Position numbers and translations under genes: made by a program. From Cyanophora paradoxa CCMP329 (lineage: Eukaryota > Plantae > Glaucophyta): 64,000 bases of DNA. Below are positions 49,312-60,212 of the stretch, piece after piece (positions within the stretch are counted from its first letter, which is position 1; every line of letters begins with the position of its first letter). The notes under the pieces are model-generated. The model was not told the DNA's origin. It worked only from the letters and a program-made list of their open reading frames with translations, and did no database searches. The DNA lies in NCBI GenBank assembly GCA_004431415.1, contig QPMI01000572.1:248001-312000 (forward strand), in the 5' to 3' direction.

Positions 49312-49677
49312 CCGAAGATCGCGTGGGCAGCTCTGATATGGCTGTCACCCGCTGCCCGCTCGCAGGCTGCGCTGCTCCGACAAGGTCGCAAGTCAAGGGG
49401 GATCAAGTTGAGGGGGTTTAAGCGAGTCCCGCGTACGCAGATTGCTAGCAAGAAGCCGCGCTTGTCAATCGCGTTGGACGCTTGCGAGCTTGCCAGCTTG
49501 TCGAGAGGCACAGAGCGCACGCATCTGGGCTGGACGGGGCTGGCCCGCCAGATTTAGAGGCGGCACCCCGCTTCATCGGCAAGCGGAAATCGTCGGCAAG
49601 CACCCGCTGCGGCGCGAGCAAGTCGTTCTGCAGGCAATCAGCCCCTGAGGCGCGAGAACAGGCGTAGCTAGCGCACC
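49312..49677. promoter_or_regulatory. Probable bidirectional promoter region between divergent SK-channel and CFAP52-like genes
   Basis: Only 366 bp separate the two divergent ATGs (49311 and 49678). No specific motif was identified. Confidence 0.4.
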
Positions 49678-52600
49678 ATGGCGGAGGAGGACGCGCCGGC
49701 GATTGAGCTGGAGCACGCAGTCGCTTATAGTACAAACGCGCGTCGCTCGCTATACCTGCATCCAAACGGGCGCGATGCAGTGTTTGCGGCCGGCGGCTGC
49801 GTGGGCAAGCCAGTTTTTGTGAGCGCCCGTCGCTTTCGCCCGCTGAGCCGTTGCGCAGTGATCAGCGACCTGGAGGACCCGCACAACCAGACTTTCCTGC
49901 GCGGTCACGACGACAGGATCACTTGCATGAGCCTTTCGAGAAGCGTGCGCGGCCGCAGCTAACGCGCTGCGCAACGCCCGGCCAACTCCGCGCGCAGGGC
50001 CGGCTCCTGGCCTCGGGCCAGGTCGGGAAGAACAGCGACGTCTGCGTGTGGTCGCTGGAGACGAACAAGCTGCTGTACCGGTGCGCGGCGGGCCCCTCTC
50101 GCGCCGGTCCGGGCCGCGCCGGCGCGCCCCCTTCCGACCGGCGGCGCCCGGCAGGCTCTCGGAGCATGACCACGGGATCAAGGGCGTGGACATAACGGAC
50201 GACGAGGCGCGCCGGGGACGGGGGCGCCCGCCGCCCCGCGCGCGCGGGCCGCCTGACGCCGGCGCAGGCGCTGCTCGTGACCATCGGCGACGAGGTCGAC
50301 AAGAAGATGTACTGCTGGGACCTGAGCACGTGCGCGCGCGCCCCGCGGGGCTGTACCCCGCCAACGCCTCCCGCAGCGGGTACATCGTGTCTTCGACGCC
50401 GATGCCGGAGCCGGCGAACTGCGTCGCGTGGGGCGGGCGGGAGAAGGGTGGGCCCCCCACTTTCGCGCCCCCTCGAACTTCTCATCCCTTCATCCAGACA
50501 TAAAGAGGAGGCCCACGGCGAACTACGTCATCGCCACGGCGGGCAGCAGCGTCCTCCGCCTGTGGGTCCTGAACCCCGCCAAGGGCGAGCTCACCTCCGA
50601 GAAGGTGCCGTACCCCCCTCACCGCTGTACCCCCTCCCGCCGCCGCCGCCGACGATGACGTCCTGAACCCTCAACCCTTCTCCAGTGCGGCGTGGGCTCG
50701 CAGAGGAGGGAGTACAGCTGCCTCCAGTTCTCGGCGGACGGGGATATGCTGTACGCCGGCTCGAGCTCGGGCGACGTCTCCGTCGTCTACGTGCGAACGA
50801 AGCTCGTGATCGCGACTGTCGTCGCCTGCGCCGGCGGCGTCCGGTGCCTGCCCCGCCCCGCCCCGCCCCGCCCCGCCCCGCTGAGCTCTGGGCGGGGCAG
50901 GTGCATCGGGCTGGCGGAGACGGGCGGGGCGCTGGTGCTCGGGGGCGGGGACGGCACGCTGACGACGCTGGCGCCGAACGGGAAGGACTTCACCGTGCGG
51001 AAGAAGGTCCAGCTGAGCGGCGCCCTCACCGACGTCCACGTCGACCGCGAGGGCGGCAGCCTCCTCGCCGGCACCGCCTACGTGCGCGCTCAGATCTGAT
51101 CAGATCGGATCTGACCCGACCCCATCGGATCTGATCTGAGCGGGTCGGGGCGGGGCGCAGGGGCTGGTGTACCGCGTGGGGCTCCCAGAGGGCCAGCCCC
51201 GCGTCTGGGTCGAGTCGCACTCGGCCGCCGCAACCGCCGTCGCGTACCCCCCCTCCGTCTCCGACCGCTTCGTCACTGTATCCCTCGACGGCACCGTCCG
51301 GTGCGGGCCGGCCCCCTCCGGCGCCTGGGTACGGCGATCGAGCGGATCGGGCGCAGGCACTGGGACGCGTCAACGTACGGCGTGATCGGCACGGGCTCGA
51401 TTCGGGAGGGCGCCGCCCCGACCTGCGCCGCCTTTGCCGGCCCTGATGTGCGCGGGGCGCCCCGCGGATGCGAGGCCCGGCGCTGTGTACCCACCTTCTC
51501 CTTGCCCCGCCCCCTCTGCAGGTCGTCCTGGCCGGGGCGAGCGACGGGCGGCTGCGTAGCTTCGAAGCCGACACGGGGGAGCAGCTCTGGTGCGGCCGGG
51601 CGGCGGGCGCGGCCAGCCCCGTACACCCCGCCAATGCGTACCCGGCAGGTCGATCGACTACTGCCACACGGGCGGCGTGCACGCCGTCACGCTCTCCAGC
51701 AACCTGGTACCCCCACGCCCTCGCGCCCCTTCCCCCGCGCCTTCTGACGGGGCGCCGGGCCGCAGAAATTCGTGCTGACGGGCGGCCAAGAGGGCGAGAT
51801 CCGGCTGTGGGACTTCAAGGCACGCGAGATGGTCTCCAACATGAAGGTACCCCCCCTCCCTCGCTCCCCCCCCTTTCCCCCACCCCCGCCGACGATGGAG
51901 CCGGGGGGCCCCGCCCCGGCAGCTGCACACGTCGCGGGTGACGAGGCTGGCGCTCTTCAGCGACGACGCCCACGCCGCGAGCTGCAGCCGCGACCGCACC
52001 TGGCGCCTCTGGGACCTCCCCGTGCGCGCGCGCGCACGAAGCCGAAGCCGTACCCCCCCTGGGGCCGCCTCGGGGGCGACGCCGGCCGCAGAAGGAGCAG
52101 TGCGTGTGCATGTGGAGCCAGCGGATGGGGGGCATCAACGGCATCGCGATCGGCCCCGACCAGCGGCAGGTCCTCACCGTCGGCCAGGACAAGAAGATCA
52201 CGTGCGTCTGCGCGGGCCCGGGCGGGGCCGAGAGCGCGCGCCGGCCCGAAGGGGCGGGCGGCAGGTACTGGGACCTGCGGGAGCAGCAGCCGACGCAGGT
52301 CGTCTCGGGCGCCCACGACGAGGAGGTCGCCTGCCTCTCCGTGCGCGTACCCCCCCCCCCCCCCCGCCCCGCCCCCGCCCCCCCGTAGCCCACCGCGCCG
52401 CCGCCGGCAGCTCTCCGCGAGCGGCAAGTACTTCGCCACCGGCGGGCGTGAGTACCCGTCGCGCCGGCCCGATGGGCGCTGCGCGTGCCGACACCCCCGC
52501 CCCCTCCTCCGCAGACGACCAGCTGGTGAAGCTCTGGTCTTTCGCGGAGGGACGCCTGGTGGGCACCGGGGTGGGCCACTCCGGCGCCGTCCTCGACGTC

Positions 52601-52726
52601 GCTTTCTCCCCCGACGAGCGCCAGGCGCGTACCCCCCTCCCCCCCCGCGCCGTCGCCGGCTGACCCGAGCAGGTGGTCTCGACTGGCGCGGACGGCGCCG
52701 TGATGATATGGAACGTGTACACCTAG
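49678..52726 (+). CDS. WD40-repeat cilia/flagella-associated protein, CFAP52/WDR16-like (possibly a paralogue)
   Basis: IELEHAVAY...LYLHPNG...AGGCV|VISDL....QTFLRGHDDRITCMSLSRS|GRLLASGQVG..SDVCVW; RREYSCLQFSADGDMLYAGSSSGDV; multiple GH/WD repeats; ends GHSGAVLDVAFSPDERQ|VVSTGADGAVMIWNVYT*. Confidence 0.82.
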
Positions 52727-54203
52727 CCCGGCCCTAGCTGCCCGTGTGCGATGCGAGTTCTCGAATTCGATGTCTGCAGCTGGAAGCGCGAGGCCGACGG
52801 GGGCACAGGGCGCCCAGCCAGGGCGCTGGGACGGCCGCGCCCGCATCTCTGATCCATGCAACAATAAATTAAGCTCTACAGGTTGAAATAGCAATACACT
52901 GTACATCGTGGGGGATGTTCGATACAATTACGCCCGCCCTGGTCGTGCGGGGTTCGGCTCCACTGGCCTGGGAAGGAAAGAGGCCGAATCAGCGAGTGCG
53001 TAAGGCTTCGGGGGGTTGGAGAGCGCAGGTCGGGCGGAAAGCGAAACGGGACCGTGGCAAGAGATGATGTGAGGGAACGGACTCACGCGAGAACGGATCT
53101 AAGGGACGCTGGCCACGGCAGCCCGAGGGCCGCACGCAGCCAAGCGTCCACGCCGCGGCCGCGCTTAAGAGTCCCCTAGTGTTTCATCTTCGCAGAAGTG
53201 CCCATCGCGGTCCCATCTACACGTCGGCGCCCGCAAAGACTGCGGGCAAGACGCTACACGGGAACCGCAGGCGGACCTCGGCAGGAAAGAGAGAAGCCGG
53301 CGGGAGAAGCGGTAGGGGATAGGGGGGAGTGTGCGCAAGCTATCAGAGTGAAACTGACGCACTCTGGGTCGGCTCGTTTCCGCTTGGACGGGGCGGAGCG
53401 TATGGGCGAGGCAGAAGGCATGCGGGACCCGAGCAGCACGAGCCGATTCGGCGATGCGGAGGACCCCGTCGCGGCCGTGGGCGGGATGCTGCTGTGAGCT
53501 GCTGATGGCGGCGCCGTCCGCAGCCGTTCCTCATTTGCGGAGGATGACGCTGCCGCACTCTGCTGCTGCTGTGTCGGTTGCAACGCTTCACACGAATCCA
53601 AACGCCTCTGGGGAATACTCTGGTGTGCCCTGTGCGTGCTGGTCGGCTGCTGCGCCGAAAGTCTACTGCGCGCTCGTGCGAAGAACGCGGGGAGCCGGCG
53701 AGAAGAGCCCATGTCGGAACGCATTGAAGCAGTCACTGCAGAAGCAGATTAGGGAGCTCAGGCGGCCATTGAACCATAGCGAACCTTCAGATGGCTGAGG
53801 AAGGTCAGGAAGTTCAACGCGGTGGTTGGAGGATGAAGGTGGGGCGGGAACTGACGTAGAGCTCTGCCGGGGCAGGGCAGGAGGCCGTTGCTTCGCGAGA
53901 AGTTGCCTGACTACGGGAATGGTCGCATCGCAGGTGATGAGCGCAGCAGAGGCTGCGCGACCATCACGAGGGCGAAAAATCGCGCTCCGGGCTGGTTGAC
54001 CTTCTAACGAGGAGCAATCAATGTAGATGGATGGATTTCTGCAACCGGCAGATCCCGAGATAAAAGCGCCGCGGCGCTCCGGCCACGGGCGCTCCATCTC
54101 CCGGAGTCCGGTAGAAACTCTCAATCTTGCTGGCAAATTGATGCTGACGATCTCGGGGCCCGTCTGTAGTTATCGCTCCAGGCCGCCGCGAGTGGAAACT
54201 GTC

Positions 54204-54302
54204 TCCCTAGCTTGTACCCAGAAAAGGAAGCATCCCCTCCTACATCCCTAGCTTGTACCCAGAGAATGGAAGTCCCCCCCAGTCCCTAGCTTGTACCCAG
54301 AG
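54204..54302. repeat. Short tandem repeat, ~40 bp unit, 3 copies
   Basis: tccctagcttgtacccaga at 54204, 54245 and 54283; the intervening sequences are related (..ggaag..cccc..). Confidence 0.8.
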
Positions 54303-54432
54303 TACGCGTAGTACTCCTACGTAGTACCAGAGTACGCGTATATAGACTCCTACTAGGCTAATACGTCCCTAGCCGCTGAGCTAGTCAGCTTGCCAGTTGC
54401 ACGTGTACGCGCGCGCGCCGCGCCGCATGCGC

Positions 54433-55352
54433 ACCGTGTAACACAATATTAATTCGCACGATATTAATATTACTAAGTTAGTTCCGAAGTTCGTTTTTAG
54501 ACTCTGAGACCCGCCGGGCGCCGGGGTCCCGGATCCCCCCGGACCCCGACCAGTACTAGTACCGGACCATCATGGCATATGCATAGTAATTAGTTAACGT
54601 TCGGTCTCAAATTAGTTCGCGCGATCGTTTTGGAGCTTCATGCAATTGCAAGGGCTTTCATTCAGATCGAATTGTACGGGGGGTACATTTTACTGAAAAT
54701 TAAACCTTTGGACGTCGGACGCCAGCTCTATAGCTAGCGGCGCCGGCAGGCTCCGGGCCGGGATCCGCGCTCCAAGCTCGAGGCTCTGCTGATCATGCAT
54801 ATGACCATATGCGCATGCATGATCATGAGGGGCGTCGCGCTTCTGAGCCGTCGCGATCGCTAAGGCCGATCGCGACCGTCGGACTATAGCTAGCGCGGGT
54901 TCAACTCCGGTCCGCGCTAAGCTTAAGGGAAGACCGTTGCGATCGGACGGTCTTCGAATTCAGTATACGTATACGTAGCTATAGTTCGGTCTCAAATTAC
55001 CGTGTAACACTTAATTAATGCGCCCGATATTAATGCGTTTTTGGACCCGAACCCCTCGCATGGGAAATAATGCGCGCCCAAATTAATGCGTTTTGGACTT
55101 TCTGCCTGCGTTAGGGGGGTACATACCGCAGTTTTCTTAGCGTTTCGATATTAATGCGGTCCCAAATTAATGCGTTTTGCCAGCAGAAAACGCATTAATT
55201 AGGGGGCGCATTAATTAAGTGTGCGCATTACTTAAGTGTTCTACGGTACTAGCAGTGCGTTTTCACGGCAAAATTAAAAACGCACTAATTTGCATGCATG
55301 GTACCGAACTAATATTATGCGCGAACTAATATTCTGTCTAGATCTTACGGTA
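54433..55352. mobile_element. Older, expanded MITE (AATTAGT(T/G)CG type) hosting a nested MITE
   Basis: Left end accgtgtaacacaatattaattcg; right end cgaactaatatt...tacggta; internal caaattagttcg/cgcactaatttg units and a central gggggggtacat; interrupted by palindromic blocks. Confidence 0.62.
54998..55248. mobile_element. MITE (AATTAATGCG type), TA-flanked
   Basis: TA-ccgtgtaacacttaattaatgcgc ... gcgcattacttaagtgttctacgg-TA. Confidence 0.88.
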
Positions 55353-55428
55353 TAGCTAGTGACACGTACAGTGACAGACTGACGTCGACACAGTCTGACA
55401 CATGCATATGTACAGTCAGACTGAGTCA

Positions 55429-55670
55429 CACAGCTCGTTGTTTTTCCTAATCGACTCGACATGCCCGTTGTATGGGCAAGGGTAGCCGGCGATCGCGATA
55501 ACTTTTCACCCGTCGCAGAACGGCTAGTCTCCTCGCAACAGCTTGTAGCCGGCAAGCTACCGGGTAGAATGCACTAGCTTGCGCCGGGGAATTCCGAACA
55601 CCCGAGGGGAAATTGGTCAAAAACCGGATTTCGGCCGTGTCGGGTCGACCGGTAAAAAAAACGAGCTGTG
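55429..55670. mobile_element. Small TIR element of a different family (CACAGCTCG termini)
   Basis: cacagctcgttgttttt ... aaaaaaaacgagctgtg. Its right half recurs, diverged, at ~56295-56511 and ~57727-57943. Confidence 0.65.
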
Positions 55671-56879
55671 TCACTGAGTCAGTGTCAGTCACTGAGTACT
55701 AGTGTCGACGTCAACGGTCGTGATCATAGACAGATTCATGCATAGTGCTAGCAGCTAGCTATAGCTATATTAGTGTGTTTACATCCAGGGTACAACGTTG
55801 ATGATGTAAAAAAAGAGAGTCTGCCAATGTAACACGTCGACGCATGGGGCCGGCCGCGGAACGGTTTACAAGCCTCCGGAGTCCGGACTCCGGATCCGGA
55901 ATCCGGCTCCGGATCGATCGGATCGTTCACAAGAATTTGAAACGAATCGTTCATCAACATTATACATTGTATACCGGTAATCATTGAATGGTCCGGTATA
56001 TCGTGATTCTGAAACTAGCGGCACGTCTGGATCCGGAAGTTGGACGTCCGAGTCGCGACTCGCGAGTCGCGACCGACCGGTACCGTCATAACGGCGTCAT
56101 TAAATTACTGCGTACGCGTTCCGTCGGCCTCGAATTTGCTCGAAAACATGTTATTTGTTAGCAAAGGGGGTAATACGTATACTGCGCTAGTAGCAGCGCT
56201 ACCAAATTACTACGTTCTACAAATTTTGACCGCAGTACTACTACGTACGTATACTACGTATACGGTAATATGGTAGCGCAGTACGTACTAGTACGGGTAG
56301 AATGCACTATAGCTAGTAGGCTAGTAGTACTAGTAGCTACGTACTGTAGCTTACTAGTTAAAAGCTTGCGCCGGGGAATTCGAAAAACAAATTCCAAATA
56401 CCCGCGGCCGAGCTCGAGGACTCCGGGATATCCGGAGCGATTAAAATATTTCGCTTTAGCCGATTTCAATTTGACCGTGACTTGGGTCGACCGGTAAAAA
56501 AAACGAGCTGTGATTGCAGCTGCAGCCTGCAGTCAGACTCAGTCAGAGTCAGTCTGCGTGTCGATCACAGACAATCATTGAATGTGCCACGATTTTAAAA
56601 AACACTGAGTAACAGAAAAAAAAAGAGGCGAGTTTTTTATGCGCTTGACATTAATTAGAGTCATAATTGGATTCACTTTGCCCCGAGGGCTCGGACCGTT
56701 CGGAGTCTTCGCCGACTCTTCGGACGCGTCGAACGTGCACGAAGATCCTTCGTCGACGACTCCGCCGGGCGCGGCCGTCCGGCCACGCGTACCGCGGCGT
56801 ACGTATACGACGACTATACGTACGGATCCCGGTCCTTCCCGGAGTCCCGGACTCGACTCACTCGAGTCGACTCGACTTA

Positions 56880-57140
56880 TACCGTAAAACACTTAAGTAA
56901 TGCGCCGGTAAGTAATGCGTTTTTGGACCCGGACCCCCTTCACGGATAATTATGCGTCCCCGAATTAATGCGTTTTGAAGCCTTCTAGCAGCGTGAGGGG
57001 GTACATGCCGCAGTTTTCTTAGCGCCGGCTTGGCGCTTCGATATTAATGCGCCCCAAATTAATGCGTTTTGTCAGCAGAAAACGCATTATTTCGGGACCG
57101 CATTACTTAAGTGCCCGCATTACTTAAGTGTTTTACGGTA
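56880..57140. mobile_element. MITE (AATTAATGCG type) with perfect 25-bp TIR including TA
   Basis: taccgtaaaacacttaagtaatgcg ... cgcattacttaagtgttttacggta. Confidence 0.92.
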
Positions 57141-57344
57141 ATTACTCGCGATCGATATCGAGTCAACGATCGGACTCGACGTCGACGTCAGTGGCCCAGT
57201 GGCACGGAGTTGCCACGGACCTCGCGGTGTAAATGAAGGTGTACCCCGCGCCGGCGGACCGCTGGGCTTTGGGCGGCTTGAAATCGCGGGCCGGGCGCGC
57301 CGGCGGGCTGGGGCGGCTCGGCGGGCCCGGCCGGCCGCGGGCGG

Positions 57345-57579
57345 CCGTGTAACACTTATTTACTGCGCCACAAATTACTGCGTTCCAAAACTTCTGCGCC
57401 GGTAGGCGCTTTACTGCGCTACCAAATTACTGCGTTCCGTCGGCCTCGAAAACATACTATTATTTGTCAGCAAAGGGGGTAATACTGCGCTACAAAATTA
57501 CTGCGTTCTAAAAATTTTGAGCGCAGTAATATGGTAGCGCAGTAGTTATGTCAGCGCGGTAATTAAGTATTACACGGTA
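57345..57579. mobile_element. MITE (AATTACTGCG type)
   Basis: ccgtgtaacacttatttactgcgc ... gcgcggtaattaagtattacacgg-ta; internal aaattactgcg repeats. A degraded relative lies at ~56081-56290. Confidence 0.85.
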
Positions 57580-58309
57580 GGCTGAGAATTATTCACAACT
57601 TGGCAACTTAATCACAAGCGCATCATGGGCATGCATATGCCGCAGTGCGCGCGCCCGCGCGCGCACTGCGGCATACGTACGTATACTACGTATACGGTAA
57701 TATGGTAGCGCAGTACGTACTAGTACGGGTAGAATGCACTATAGCTAGTAGGCTAGTAGTACTAGTAGCTACGTACTGTAGCTTACTAGTTAAAAGCTTG
57801 CGCCGGGGAATTCGAAAAACAAATTCCAAATACCCGCGGCCGAGCTCGAGGACTCCGGGATATCCGGAGCGATTAAAATATTTCGCTTTAGCCGATTTCA
57901 ATTTGACCGTGACTTGGGTCGACCGGTAAAAAAAACGAGCTGTGATTGCAGCTGCAGCCTGCAGTCAGACTCAGTCAGAGTCAGTCTGCGTGTCGATCAC
58001 AGACAATCATTGAATGTGCCACGATTTTAAAAACACTGAGTAACAGAAAAAAAAGAGGCGAGTTTTTTATGCGCTTGACATTAATTAGAGTCATAATTGG
58101 ATTCACTTTGCCCCGAGGGCTCGGACCGTTCGGAGTCTTCGCCGACTCTTCGGACGCGTCGAACGTGCACGAAGATCCTTCGTCGACGACTCCGCCGGGC
58201 GCGGCCGTCCGGCCACGCGTACCGCGGCGTACGTATACGACGACTATACGTACGGATCCCGGTCCTTCCCGGAGTCCCGGACTCGACTCACTCGAGTCGA
58301 CTCGACTTA

Positions 58310-58572
58310 TACCGTAAAACACTTAAGTAATGCGCCGGTAAGTAATGCGTTTTTGGACCCGGACCCCCTTCACGGATAATTATGCGTCCCCGAATTAATG
58401 CGTTTTGAAGCCTTCTAGCAGCGTGAGGGGGGTACATGCCGCAGTTTTCTTAGCGCCGGCTTGGCGCTTCGATATTAATGCGCCCCCAAATTAATGCGTT
58501 TTGTCAGCAGAAAACGCATTATTTCGGGACCGCATTACTTAAGTGCCCGCATTACTTAAGTGTTTTACGGTA
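58310..58572. mobile_element. MITE (AATTAATGCG type), duplicate of 56880-57140
   Basis: Same perfect TIRs; part of the tandem duplication. Confidence 0.92.
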
Positions 58573-58776
58573 ATTACTCGCGATCGATATCGAGTCAACG
58601 ATCGGACTCGACGTCGACGTCAGTGGCCCAGTGGCACGGAGTTGCCACGGACCTCGCGGTGTAAATGAAGGTGTACCCCGCGCCGGCGGACCGCTGGGCT
58701 TTGGGCGGCTTGAAATCGCGGGCCGGGCGCGCCGGCGGGCTGGGGCGGCTCGGCGGGCCCGGCCGGCCGCGGGCGG

Positions 58777-59011
58777 CCGTGTAACACTTATTTACTGCGC
58801 CACAAATTACTGCGTTCCAAAACTTCTGCGCCGGTAGGCGCTTTACTGCGCTACCAAATTACTGCGTTCCGTCGGCCTCGAAAACATACTATTATTTGTC
58901 AGCAAAGGGGGTAATACTGCGCTACAAAATTACTGCGTTCTAAAAATTTTGAGCGCAGTAATATGGTAGCGCAGTAGTTATGTCAGCGCGGTAATTAAGT
59001 ATTACACGGTA
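58777..59011. mobile_element. MITE (AATTACTGCG type), duplicate of 57345-57579
   Basis: Same sequence; part of the tandem duplication. Confidence 0.85.
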
Positions 59012-59412
59012 GGCTGAGAATTATTCACAACTTGGCAACTTAATCACAAGCGCATCATGGGCATGCATATGCCGCAGTGCGCGCGCCCGCGCGCGGCGCG
59101 GCGTCGGCGCGTCCGACGGTCGGCGGCGGCGCGCGCGGGCCGCGCGGCCGCCGGGCCCGCCCCGGCGGCCGCGATCGATCGACTCGCGAGTCGCGACGTG
59201 CGCGTACAGCGGCGTTACGCCGGCGTACTGTATATGCATGCGGACCGATGATGCGGTGCGCATGCCATGCGCATGCATTAATATTCTCAGTGACTGCCAG
59301 GCTGGTATGCGCAATGCCGCAGTGCGCAATTGCAAATTTGGCCCCTGCGCGCAGGGCCGGGCCGGGGCCGTGCAGGCTGCATGCGCAGCCGCAGTGCCAC
59401 GGTGCAGCCAGC

Positions 59413-59685
59413 TACCGTGTAACACTTAAGTAATGCAGCCAGCATGCGCGCACTTAAGTAATGCGGTCCCAAATTAATGCGTTTTTCGCTGGCAAAACGC
59501 ATTAATTTGGGACCGCATTAATATCGAAACGCTAAGAAACTGCTGTATCTACCCCCCTACTGGCATACTACTGCAGCCAAAAAGCTTCAAAACGCATTAA
59601 TTCGGTGCCGCATTATTATCAAAAGTAGGGGTTCGGGTTCAAAAACGCATTAATTTCTGGCGCATTAATTAAGTGTTACACGGTA
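59413..59685. mobile_element. MITE (AATTAATGCG type), inverted relative to the 54998 and 56880 copies
   Basis: TA-ccgtgtaacacttaagtaatgc ... gcattaattaagtgttacacgg-TA. Internal cgcattaatatcgaaacgctaagaaactgc is the reverse complement of ~55128-55158. Confidence 0.9.
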
Positions 59686-60212
59686 GCTGGGAGGGCCGCC
59701 GGGAGGGCTGGGAGCCTGTGGCCCAGGCTGTGGGCCCGGGACTCCTGGCCGGCCTGGCAGCAGCTGCAGCGGCAGCGGCCGGCCCGGGCGCCGGCAGGTG
59801 CCAGCCTCAGAGCCTGGCAGTGTGCCACGCAGCCAAGTGCACGCCGTGACGGTGAGCAATTCCGAAGTTCGCGAGCCCGGCCCCGGCCCAGCATTGCGAG
59901 CCCGGCCCGGCCCGGCGCGGCGCGGCGGTCCGACGGTCGCGGGCCTCGCGGCGCGCAAGCGTACGCGTACGCGTACTGGCACGGTACTGCGGTACCGGTA
60001 CTACGGTACAGCGCGGAAAGCTTCAAGACGGCCGGGCGTCATCCGATTCCTTAGATTCCTTACACTCTGGCAGCAGGAGCATCGATATCAGCGCGACGTA
60101 CCGGTACCTTGCCGCTTACTGCGAGTCGCGTGTTTTTGTCTCGTCCGGCCGGCGCCGTCGTGAGCTCGCAGCTCATCTCTGGTGTAGACGGTGAGCCCGC
60201 GCGCGCGCCGTC

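Larger units (their letters stand above)
56243..59095. repeat. Near-identical direct tandem duplication, unit ~1.43 kb (~56243-57664 and ~57674-59095)
   Basis: Identical ORF translations offset by 1430-1432 bp (56254/57686, 56667/58097, 57199/58631). The differences I could see are homopolymer lengths only. Confidence 0.95.

Noticed and set aside
53165-54251. Moderate-GC stretch with 150-160 aa minus-strand ORFs
   Set aside because: No recognisable motif or consistent splice pattern. It could be a decayed TE or gene, but I cannot support a call.
54204-54302. Three 19-bp direct repeats with ~20-bp spacers, superficially CRISPR-like
   Set aside because: The spacers resemble each other, the repeats are too short and too few, there are no cas genes and the context is eukaryotic. 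It is an ordinary minisatellite.
56254-58837. Duplicated small ORFs in the tandem repeat
   Set aside because: They span MITE and palindromic filler DNA with no domain features; identity simply reflects the duplication.
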